From positions 960-64,959 of the IMG/VR virus record IMGVR_UViG_3300048904_000123: a DNA stretch of 64,000 bases; one strand, given 5' to 3'. A model generated the notes under the pieces. The model saw only the letters and a list, made by a program, of their open reading frames with translations, was not told where the DNA came from and did no database searches. The stretch comes from a virus. A program made the position numbers and the translations under genes. This document shows, piece after piece, positions 1 to 7,438 of this stretch; position 1 is the stretch's first letter; every line of letters begins with the position of its first letter.

Positions 1-63
1 ATTGGGGTCAACGCGACAGGCTTCCATGCGAGGGAAGGCGTCACCCCCCGATAAAAAACGTGG

Positions 64-100
64 CACAGATGAATGGTTGTATTCACCTGTGTGGTATGAT
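64..100 (+). promoter_or_regulatory. Putative early promoter (extended -10 TG-G-TATGAT) overlapped by an 11-6-11 inverted repeat
   Basis: TATGAT at 95-100 with TG at 92-93; CACAGATGAAT (64-74) and ATTCACCTGTG (81-91) are reverse complements with 1 mismatch. Confidence 0.5.
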
Positions 101-319
101 TAGATAACGCAGTCAATGACTGGCATGTGCATTGGCTGCATCGAGTACCAAGCTGGACGTGCAGGGCCGCATTAGCCCACCGTCCCAGGGTGTGGCCTGG
201 CTTTCCCAGTAGGCTACTCGGTGCAGTCAATGGACAGTCCAGCCTGACTGTCCAGCCCGGCATGTACCTGATATGATAGGTGTAGGCCGGGCTGGTCTCT
301 TCGTAGGGACGGTTCAAAG

Positions 320-436
320 ATGGGCAACAACTGGGACGACGGCGAGAAGCCGACGCCACCCTGGGTTGTCTTGGTTGTGGCACTCGTCATCGTGGCGGCA
401 CTGTTCGTCACGTGGTGGATGGGCGGCCATGGCTGA
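320..436 (+). CDS. 38-aa single-pass membrane micropeptide
   Basis: Hand-translated MGNNWDDGEKPTPPWVVLVVALVIVAALFVTWWMGGHG; SD-like TAGGGA upstream; overlaps the next start. Confidence 0.7.
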   Translation: MGNNWDDGEKPTPPWVVLVVALVIVAALFVTWWMGGHG

Positions 437-584
437 GCAGCACGGGAAGGGCGGCACCAACCTGATCTGGTGGGGAGTGATCCTACTTCTCATCGTGTTC
501 TGGGGCGGCGTCTGCCTGGGTCCACCATTCATGCGGCACGCAGTGTTCGCAATCGGTGAGTACCTGCTCAGTCTCGTTAAATAG
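429..584 (+). CDS. 51-aa membrane protein
   Basis: MAEQHGKGGTNLIWWGVILLLIVFWGGVCLG..., the hydrophobic 3' part of ORF 273..584. Confidence 0.7.
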   Translation: MAEQHGKGGTNLIWWGVILLLIVFWGGVCLGPPFMRHAVFAIGEYLLSLVK

Positions 585-621
585 CGGGACAGTACTGGCG
601 GGTACATGAGTAGGAAGGTAG

Positions 622-723
622 ATGGTGGGCAGACACAACCAGAGCAACGGCAGCGGTAAGATGCTGTTGCTCGCAGCAGTCATCGTCGTTGTCGCGATCA
701 TCGTGATCACGGCAGTCTTCTGA
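622..723 (+). CDS. 33-aa single-pass membrane micropeptide
   Basis: MVGRHNQSNGSGKMLLLAAVIVVVAIIVITAVF; SD AGGAAGG; TGATG coupling to next gene. Confidence 0.75.
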   Translation: MVGRHNQSNGSGKMLLLAAVIVVVAIIVITAVF

Positions 724-836
724 TGGCTAGCAAGTACGGTGGCGACCCGGACAAAGAACTGCTGGGCGGCTGCCTCATGACAGTGTGTGCGTTGCTGATC
801 TTCGCGATCATCCTGATCAGCTACGTACTTCATTAG
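723..836 (+). CDS. 37-aa single-pass membrane micropeptide
   Basis: MASKYGGDPDKELLGGCLMTVCALLIFAIILISYVLH; start overlaps previous stop. Confidence 0.75.
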   Translation: MASKYGGDPDKELLGGCLMTVCALLIFAIILISYVLH

Positions 837-854
837 GGATCAGAAGGGAGTTAA

Positions 855-1121
855 GTGCTGAACTATCTCGCAACCCTGCACTACCGTGCGGGGTTGCCCG
901 AGATCCCCAAGCCCACCCCGCCCGACTCGAAGACCATCGTCCACAAGGGCAACGACCTGGGTGACTGGATCGCCCATCGGAGCAACTCCTTCTGGACGAT
1001 CGTGGTCATCATCGTGGCTGCGCTGGTCGTCACGGCCGCACTCAAGAGGCCGTTCGTCAAGGGCATCGCGATCGGGGCAATCATCCTGGCCATCATGCTG
1101 GCCGTGGTGATGAACAAGTAA
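855..1121 (+). CDS. 88-aa two-TM membrane protein
   Basis: SD AAGGGAG before GTG; two hydrophobic runs (FWTIVVIIVAALVV; IAIGAIILAIMLAVV). Confidence 0.75.
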   Translation: MLNYLATLHYRAGLPEIPKPTPPDSKTIVHKGNDLGDWIAHRSNSFWTIVVIIVAALVVTAALKRPFVKGIAIGAIILAIMLAVVMNK

Positions 1122-1173
1122 GGCACGTTCCATGTAACACCTCGGATCCAAGGATGGACGGAGAGGAGGTAAC

Positions 1174-1260
1174 ATGAAGAACGCAAGCGCCGCCGTGATC
1201 GGCATCGTGATCGCTCTGGTCTTGGTGCTCGGCATCAAGTACGGATTCAACCTGAGCTAG
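1174..1260 (+). CDS. 28-aa membrane micropeptide
   Basis: MKNASAAVIGIVIALVLVLGIKYGFNLS; strong SD AGGAGG. Confidence 0.75.
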   Translation: MKNASAAVIGIVIALVLVLGIKYGFNLS

Positions 1261-1272
1261 GAGATCTGCCGC

Positions 1273-1398
1273 ATGGGCGTGCACAATCGACGCAAGACCG
1301 GACGAGGTATGTGGTCCGGCGGGGGCTTCTGGTTCCTGCTGATCGCGTTCATCGTGTTCGGGTACATCGCACTTCGCATCGTGCTGGCGATGCACTGA
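1273..1398 (+). CDS. 41-aa membrane micropeptide
   Basis: MGVHNRRKTGRGMWSGGGFWFLLIAFIVFGYIALRIVLAMH; TGATG coupling. Confidence 0.7.
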   Translation: MGVHNRRKTGRGMWSGGGFWFLLIAFIVFGYIALRIVLAMH

Positions 1399-1562
1399 TG
1401 ACGTTCTCGGTATACACCGCAGGACTCGTCATGCTCGTGGTCGGCGTGTTCGGAGCTTGGTACAACAAGGTGAAGAACAGGCCGGGCAACACTGCAGTAT
1501 TCGTGGTGATGATTCTCCTCGGCATCATCATGCTCACGCTCAGTTCACTGGCGCTGATGTGA
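1398..1562 (+). CDS. 54-aa two-TM membrane protein
   Basis: MTFSVYTAGLVMLVVGVFGAW...FVVMILLGIIMLTLSSLALM; coupled start. Confidence 0.75.
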   Translation: MTFSVYTAGLVMLVVGVFGAWYNKVKNRPGNTAVFVVMILLGIIMLTLSSLALM

Positions 1563-1744
1563 GGCACAACTACAACCTCGCCCTAGTGGCGGGCATCCTG
1601 TGTGCGCTGTTCGGCGTACGCATCATCTGGTCGCAGGTCAAGGCGGCAAATCGTGGTCAGTATCTAGGTCTGCCTATTCTTCTGATGGGCTGGATGCTGA
1701 TCACGATCGGCGCAGTAACTGCAATCTGGGCTGTCTATCCCTAA
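1559..1744 (+). CDS. 61-aa two-TM membrane protein
   Basis: GTG overlapping previous TGA; ...LALVAGILCALFGVRII...LPILLMGWMLITIGAVTAIWAVYP. Confidence 0.7.
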   Translation: MRHNYNLALVAGILCALFGVRIIWSQVKAANRGQYLGLPILLMGWMLITIGAVTAIWAVYP

Positions 1745-1839
1745 CTAGACTGGTCCGGCGATGCGCTCACAGATCGGTCGCCGGATACGCAACACTGTTG
1801 TTGTGGTTATCCCAGCTCATGGAGGATATGGGGTAGGGC

Positions 1840-2151
1840 ATGGCAGAGCAGAAGATGCTGAAGCCCGCTGTCACGGTGACGGCAGGCGACAAGGTGATCG
1901 GCATGGCTGTCAAGATGGAGGCCAAGCCGGGCACGAAGACTCCCAACGCAGGTGGTTGGAATCCAACGATCATGCTGTGTGGTGATGCGCCGAACGACAC
2001 GCTCACCCTCGACCTGACACTACAGGCGACAGCACTGGCGGTCCAGGCGGGATGGGTGCTCGGCACCTACCTCGGCCGAGAGAACATGGCGGGCCGACCC
2101 GGCCTGACGTGCACCTACTACCACGTGTGGATGGCAGTCATCTCCCTGTAA
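1840..2151 (+). CDS. Hypothetical protein
   Basis: ORF with good codon bias and SD-like GGGGTAGGG. Confidence 0.65.
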   Translation: MAEQKMLKPAVTVTAGDKVIGMAVKMEAKPGTKTPNAGGWNPTIMLCGDAPNDTLTLDLTLQATALAVQAGWVLGTYLGRENMAGRPGLTCTYYHVWMAVISL

Positions 2152-2228
2152 CGGGAGGGCCCACCAGGTCTAGCTCGGTGTAGCGCTGGTGGGTACGCAA
2201 GTAATACTGGGACATGCAAGGGGAACAC

Positions 2229-2615
2229 ATGAAGACATGGAAGGCGGCCACGCTGATAGCCGGTATGGTTAGCGCAGCTGGGCTCGGCATCATTGCCGTC
2301 GGCCAGCTCACCAAGTACGACGGCTATCAGAGCGCCATCGATACCTGCAAGGTTGGGTCGGGAGCGGAAGTCGGAGACGACGGGCAGACGCTGACCCTCA
2401 ACAAGATCAGTCTGTCCGGGCCGGGCTCGATGTCAGCTTCCGACGCGGCCTGCGTCCTCAAGGAGTTGCACATCTCCAGTGCGGCACTGAATCGCATGGG
2501 ACAGACGAACGCGCTGGCCGGTGTACAGTCGGCCGACTGGGACGGCAACCATGCGACTTGGACGTACAGTCCCGACGACGGACTCAACCTGGTTATATCG
2601 AGGACGCACGGATGA
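2229..2615 (+). CDS. Membrane-anchored or exported protein
   Basis: N-terminal basic then hydrophobic segment; C-terminal ...ATWTYSPDDGLNL resembles a common actinobacterial exported protein family (from memory). Confidence 0.65.
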   Translation: MKTWKAATLIAGMVSAAGLGIIAVGQLTKYDGYQSAIDTCKVGSGAEVGDDGQTLTLNKISLSGPGSMSASDAACVLKELHISSAALNRMGQTNALAGVQSADWDGNHATWTYSPDDGLNLVISRTHG

Positions 2616-3151
2616 CGCCCGTCCGGAAGTACCTGTCCCGCGTGGATGAGGCCGGACGGCTGGTGATCTTCAGGTCCGATGGCCAGCCCATCACCATGCA
2701 CGAAAGGGAATGGTTCGCTGATCTCGTGACGCGTCAGTTGCGCACGGATGCGATGATGACTCGCAAGGGTTACCTTCCCCTCGGCGATGTGATGGAGGAG
2801 AACGGGATCACCGCCGTCAAACACAGGCGGTCGGGTGAGCGCGTTCCTGTCCATCCCCTCATCCACGAGTTGAAGCGTATGCTCGGCGTGCGCAAGTGGA
2901 ACCTTGCCACCACGAGCGAGGCGATCGGCCTGCGCAAAACGGCGTTGTCCGAGTGGATGCGAGGCATGATGGACCCGACCATGCGCAACGTAGCCGGGGC
3001 CTTCGGTGCGATGGGTTACAGGTTGGTGCCGGTGCCCATCACCGACGAGCACGAGATCCGACAGGTGATCGACGCCGCCTCAGCCAAGATGCTGCAAGAG
3101 ATCCACGGCATCGGCATGGAGGACTACACCCTGACGGGCGACGATCACTGA
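2612..3151 (+). CDS. XRE/Cro-C1-type HTH DNA-binding protein
   Basis: LKRMLGVRKWNLATTSEAIGLRKTALSEWMRGMMDPTMRNVAGAFGAMG fits the XRE HTH pattern; ATGA overlap. Confidence 0.65.
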   Translation: MTPVRKYLSRVDEAGRLVIFRSDGQPITMHEREWFADLVTRQLRTDAMMTRKGYLPLGDVMEENGITAVKHRRSGERVPVHPLIHELKRMLGVRKWNLATTSEAIGLRKTALSEWMRGMMDPTMRNVAGAFGAMGYRLVPVPITDEHEIRQVIDAASAKMLQEIHGIGMEDYTLTGDDH

Positions 3152-3268
3152 TCGGCCAAGAGAACAAGGGCCGAACATCCTCCTCCCCGGAGAAGATGTT
3201 CGGCCCTCGGTCTTGCCGACGTGCGCAGGAGTTACGGGGTGCTGAATCCCGTACGCCCATGGTAACGG

Positions 3269-3985
3269 GTGAACCGGCCAGGCGCAAATTACATCTGCTA
3301 TCGGAGGGACGAGGTGGACAGACGTTACACGGACGCCGATGTGCGCGGCGATGACAGGCTGAGACCGATGGCGGAGGAGTATCTCAACTACTACGTTGGG
3401 GACTTTCCGTATCTAGTCTCGGCGCGTAACGCCATGGCCGAGGGATTGGAGATTCCGGTACAGGTCGTGCGTGGCGTTCTCAACTGCATGTTGGGTGACA
3501 TGCACTGGTCGGCCAGACTGCCGACGCCCAAGCCGATGATGCCGCCGGACTTCAGTAAGCCGTTCGATCCTCCCTGGCCAGGACCAACCAGACCAACCAT
3601 CGGACGGATTCCACTGAAGGTTAAGTGGCGCCTGCCGTACGGTGTGGTCAACGCAAAGGCCGCCAAGGCGGTGCATCTGCTGGATCAGAACAGAAGCCAG
3701 CTCACCTACAAGACGACCGTCCACATGGACGAGACCGAGTCGAGTGAGTACGAATGGCAGATCTATTGGGTCTGTCGATCTCGATCGGTCAACCTGTTCG
3801 AGTCGCCCGCCGGTAAGCTGGTTCTGCTAAGCGTCGGGCAGGCAGCATCTACCGTACATCAAGGCGTGCTGGCTATGGGGAGATCTGCTCGACGGGCTGC
3901 CCCGTTCAATGGCACGCTCTTTCGGGACTGGCGATACTGCAGGCAGTGCCAGCTTCACAACCGCAACGGCACGGCAGGCGGATAG
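3269..3985 (+). CDS. Hypothetical protein
   Basis: 238-aa ORF in operon context. Confidence 0.6.
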   Translation: MNRPGANYICYRRDEVDRRYTDADVRGDDRLRPMAEEYLNYYVGDFPYLVSARNAMAEGLEIPVQVVRGVLNCMLGDMHWSARLPTPKPMMPPDFSKPFDPPWPGPTRPTIGRIPLKVKWRLPYGVVNAKAAKAVHLLDQNRSQLTYKTTVHMDETESSEYEWQIYWVCRSRSVNLFESPAGKLVLLSVGQAASTVHQGVLAMGRSARRAAPFNGTLFRDWRYCRQCQLHNRNGTAGG

Positions 3986-4006
3986 CAAGGAAAGGACGAA
4001 CGCTCT

Positions 4007-4498
4007 ATGACTACCCCTAGTCCGGACACGGACACGCAACAGAAACAGGGGCTTGCGCACGGGCCGGGTGGCGTGGTAATATTGCTATGCGCCGCCGCCC
4101 TAGTGGTTATCGGGTGGGCGACCGCAGCAGTTCAGTACTCACTATCCGATCCGTCGCACGACAAGGGACTAAGTACGTCCGCCCCGGCGACGCCCAAACC
4201 AGCAGTGACCGTGACCAAGACGGTACCCACGCTCCCCGCCTCATGCAAGCAGGCCCTGCATGACTTCAGTCTGTACCTCGATTCGGCGTACACAATCAGC
4301 GGTGCCAACAACCGCCAGCTGGATCTGATGGACGAAGCCAATCAGGCTATGCTTCTTCGGGACTGGAAAGCGTTGCAGAAGGTAGTCATCAAGCAACGTG
4401 CCCTCGCCAAAGAACTTGGACCGGCAGATGCTACCGTGCTGCCGTCCTTGATCGAGGTCCAGGAGGGTATGAAACAGTGCCTATCGGACGTAAACTAG
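4007..4498 (+). CDS. Membrane-anchored helical protein
   Basis: N-terminal TM (VVILLCAAALVVIGWATAAV), P/T linker, helical domain. Confidence 0.7.
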   Translation: MTTPSPDTDTQQKQGLAHGPGGVVILLCAAALVVIGWATAAVQYSLSDPSHDKGLSTSAPATPKPAVTVTKTVPTLPASCKQALHDFSLYLDSAYTISGANNRQLDLMDEANQAMLLRDWKALQKVVIKQRALAKELGPADATVLPSLIEVQEGMKQCLSDVN

Positions 4499-5076
4499 AT
4501 ATCCAGTATCCCGTTGAGCTGGATCTAGAACAAATGCAGCGGTGGTTCCGCGAGAACGATAGCCGCTGTGAATGGCCAGCCTGCAAGGACGATCCCCAGC
4601 CGGCTGAATACTGGTACCAAACGATGTGGTCTTTCGTGTGGCTGTGCGGCGAACACTTCGAGTTTACCGAGACGCTGCACGACGGGCCGCCCAACGTCAA
4701 GCTCATGTGGGACAAGAAGCTTGCCGAGTTCATGTACAGTAAGTTGTTGGTGTTCTCATACGTACACACCAACGCGCAGTCGGGCGGCGCACTTGAAGCC
4801 GCCATCGATGCACGCAATGAGGCAGCCATCAAGCTAGGCAAAGCTGAGCAGCGCGCACCGGCACAGGCCCGACGTGAGACACGGGCCGCCATCAAGGCAT
4901 CGGACATCAAGATCGGTTCACCCGACGATGATCTGGTAACCTCGAGGGGCAGGCAGATACAGCGCAAGCGATCGGGCGCTAAGCAACTGGGACCTAGCTC
5001 GAGCGCAGGACTAACTGTACTGCGTGCCAAACTGACTGTGCCGACGGCACATATCATTCCCGAGGAGAACGAATGA
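4477..5076 (+). CDS. Hypothetical protein (start uncertain)
   Basis: Long ORF containing a CxxxxC...LCGEH motif. Confidence 0.6.
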   Translation: MPIGRKLDIQYPVELDLEQMQRWFRENDSRCEWPACKDDPQPAEYWYQTMWSFVWLCGEHFEFTETLHDGPPNVKLMWDKKLAEFMYSKLLVFSYVHTNAQSGGALEAAIDARNEAAIKLGKAEQRAPAQARRETRAAIKASDIKIGSPDDDLVTSRGRQIQRKRSGAKQLGPSSSAGLTVLRAKLTVPTAHIIPEENE

Positions 5077-5306
5077 CCACCGACCAGCAGGTGGTTACCC
5101 CCGCCGCACCGTCGCAGTTTGGCGAGTGCCTCTTGGTAATCGACGAGAAGAAAGAAATCGTTTGCGGCCTCCCGGCCGTAGGCGAGAAGCTCGTAAAGAA
5201 CGACTTCGGTCTGTTCAGCATCGGCCTGTGCGCCGGACACACACGAGAGCACCGCGAGTTCTACGAGCGGTTGCGCAGAAGCAGCAACCGCCCCCGCCGC
5301 CGCTAA
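5073..5306 (+). CDS. Small Cys/His protein
   Basis: SD AGGAG, ATGA overlap; C..C..CAGH motif. Confidence 0.65.
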   Translation: MTTDQQVVTPAAPSQFGECLLVIDEKKEIVCGLPAVGEKLVKNDFGLFSIGLCAGHTREHREFYERLRRSSNRPRRR

Positions 5307-5323
5307 GATTCAGGAGACCCCCA

Positions 5324-6934
5324 GTGGCAAGCCGACTCCCCGTCTTCAACAACAGCACCAACACCAAGAGCTGCGCGAGCTGCCCGAGCATGATGAGCAA
5401 CGGCAAGCAGGCGAACACGATCGGTCGATCCATCGGCGGTCCCGTGTGTGGCCTGAAGCTGATCCCGTTGTCTCGGCCGGGCGGCCCCGAGGAGAAGACG
5501 CTCCAGCACTTCGCTTCCAAGTGCGACTCGTTCGGCAAGGAGGTGACGTTCAACGAAGAGGCGAAGACTGCAAAGATCGCTTACGACGTTGCGTTGCCTG
5601 ACCCGGCAGCAGAGAAGCCTGAGGACTGGCGGGCCGAGGCGGCGACGAGCTGCGCCAGCTGCGCCAACTACGTACCGCCCATGGCCACGCGCAAGCTGAC
5701 CGGGTGGTCGGGTGGATACTGCCGGGCTAAGGGGCAGATCCTTCTGGACGACCGACTGCACTTGTACGCCCAGTCGTGCGAGGATCGGAAGTTCCAGCCG
5801 CGCACCAAGCGGGTGTCAGACACTGACCCGCGCACCTCACAGGGCATCACCATCCTGATGTTCCCGGAGTACGATCCGAACTTCGGTAAGCCGAAGCCGG
5901 TGGACATCAACGAGATCCACCGCAACAACATCGCCACCGCTCCGAACATGTACCCGACCGACGCAGCCATCAACGAGAAGCACGTCAAGATGGGCATCCG
6001 TGCGTTCCGTCGGGTACGCGATCCCAAGGGGTACGGCCCCTCGATCATGATCCCCATCATGGATGAGTCGTACTTCTCGAAGGAGGATGCGGAGCGCATC
6101 CCGCACTCGGGCGACCCCGAGAAGCCGGAGAAGTACTTCGACCACAACGGCGCGGTCTACAAGGTTGCAGTCATGTGGACCAAGCTCAACCAGACGCCTG
6201 CACTGTGGGGCGAGCCGGGCGTCGGCAAGACGGAGCTGTTCCGTCACATCGCCTGGATGATGGGGATGCCGTTCCAGCGCATCTCGATCACCGAGTCGAG
6301 TGAAGTCGATGACATGATTGGCAAGATGATGTTCACCCCCGACAAGGGTACGTTCTTCCAGTACGGACGTATCCCGCGAGGCTGGACTCGTCCGAACATC
6401 CTGTGCCTCGACGAGCCGAACACGGGGCAGCCTGCGTTGTGGCAGCAGATCCGTCCGTTGACCGACGACAGCAAGCAGATGGTCATCGACCAGAACAACT
6501 CGGAGGCCCTGCTCAAGCACCGGCTGTGCTATCTGGGCATGGCAATGAACCCTGCCTGGGACCCACGCAACACAGGTGTCGCACCGCTGGCCGACGCAGA
6601 CGGTTCACGTCTGATGCACATCAACATGACGCTGCCTCCCGAGCACATCGAGAAGCAGATCCTCGTCGAGGTTCTCGAGGAGGATCGCTGGGCCACCGCG
6701 GAGGCTGTGCCGCTGGTGGACACGATCATGCGAATCGCCAAGGAGATTCGCATGATCGGCAAGGAAGGCGGACACCTCCCGTCGTGGGGTATCCGCAACC
6801 AGAAGAAGGTTGTCCGTCTCAAGCGGTACATGAGCTGGCCGGACGCATTCCGCATGGGCGTGACTGATTCCCTCGAGCCCGAGGTTGCCGACGCCATCTT
6901 GGCTGTCGTCAATAGTCACGCTGGCGACGAGTAG
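5324..6934 (+). CDS. MoxR/CbbQ/NirQ-type AAA+ ATPase with duplicated N-terminal Cys4 domains
   Basis: Walker A GEPGVGKT, Walker B LCLDE, AMNP sensor; GTG at 5324 after AGGAG. Confidence 0.85.
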   Translation: MASRLPVFNNSTNTKSCASCPSMMSNGKQANTIGRSIGGPVCGLKLIPLSRPGGPEEKTLQHFASKCDSFGKEVTFNEEAKTAKIAYDVALPDPAAEKPEDWRAEAATSCASCANYVPPMATRKLTGWSGGYCRAKGQILLDDRLHLYAQSCEDRKFQPRTKRVSDTDPRTSQGITILMFPEYDPNFGKPKPVDINEIHRNNIATAPNMYPTDAAINEKHVKMGIRAFRRVRDPKGYGPSIMIPIMDESYFSKEDAERIPHSGDPEKPEKYFDHNGAVYKVAVMWTKLNQTPALWGEPGVGKTELFRHIAWMMGMPFQRISITESSEVDDMIGKMMFTPDKGTFFQYGRIPRGWTRPNILCLDEPNTGQPALWQQIRPLTDDSKQMVIDQNNSEALLKHRLCYLGMAMNPAWDPRNTGVAPLADADGSRLMHINMTLPPEHIEKQILVEVLEEDRWATAEAVPLVDTIMRIAKEIRMIGKEGGHLPSWGIRNQKKVVRLKRYMSWPDAFRMGVTDSLEPEVADAILAVVNSHAGDE

Positions 6935-6968
6935 TTCTAGTAGTTACCGACAAGCAGTAGGAGAGAAC

Positions 6969-7187
6969 ATGATCGACCAGGTTGAACTGATCGCCGACGA
7001 GACCACCGTTGACTCGGACACCGAGGCACTCTTCGGCGACCTCGAGAAGCTGGGTGACGCCGTCCTGATCATCGGGCAGCTCGACCCGACCGAGGTGGAC
7101 GGGAAGATGCTGCCTCGCTGGTCCCCGGCCCAGCGCGAGCTGATCATCGCCGCCGCCGAGCTGGTCGGCAACTGGACACGCGAGTAG
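6969..7187 (+). CDS. Small acidic hypothetical protein
   Basis: SD AGGAG; MIDQVELIADETT... Confidence 0.65.
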   Translation: MIDQVELIADETTVDSDTEALFGDLEKLGDAVLIIGQLDPTEVDGKMLPRWSPAQRELIIAAAELVGNWTRE

Positions 7188-7188
7188 T

Positions 7189-7347
7189 ATGAACGCGGAC
7201 CTCGTATATGGTACGATCGTGTACCTGTTGCTGGCTATCCTGATCGCCAACGTCTGCAAGATGATGGGCGTCAAGGGTTACCTGCTCGTCGGCGTGGTCG
7301 CGGCGCTGGTTCCAGCAATGATCTGCTACACACTGATCGCCCACTAA
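7189..7347 (+). CDS. 52-aa two-TM membrane protein
   Basis: Hand-translated MNADLVYGTIVYLLLAILIANVCKMMGVKGYLLVGVVAALVPAMICYTLIAH. Confidence 0.7.
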   Translation: MNADLVYGTIVYLLLAILIANVCKMMGVKGYLLVGVVAALVPAMICYTLIAH

Positions 7348-7438
7348 CCCTGGCTCACGATGAGCCTGAGGCGCCGCATCGGTAAGTCGACTGCTCACCG
7401 GTGCGGCGACCAGACTTATTGAGATGAAAGGAAGCGAC

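Noticed and set aside
1-60. Terminal repeat or cos end
   Set aside because: No match to the right end of the window was visible; termini cannot be called
2612-3151. XRE protein as the immunity repressor
   Set aside because: The HTH is internal, the gene is co-directional within the early operon, and it is far from the recombinase; the role is unsupported
5126-5323. N-terminal extension of the AAA ORF
   Set aside because: Arg-rich off-frame shadow of gene 5073-5306; the SD supports GTG 5324
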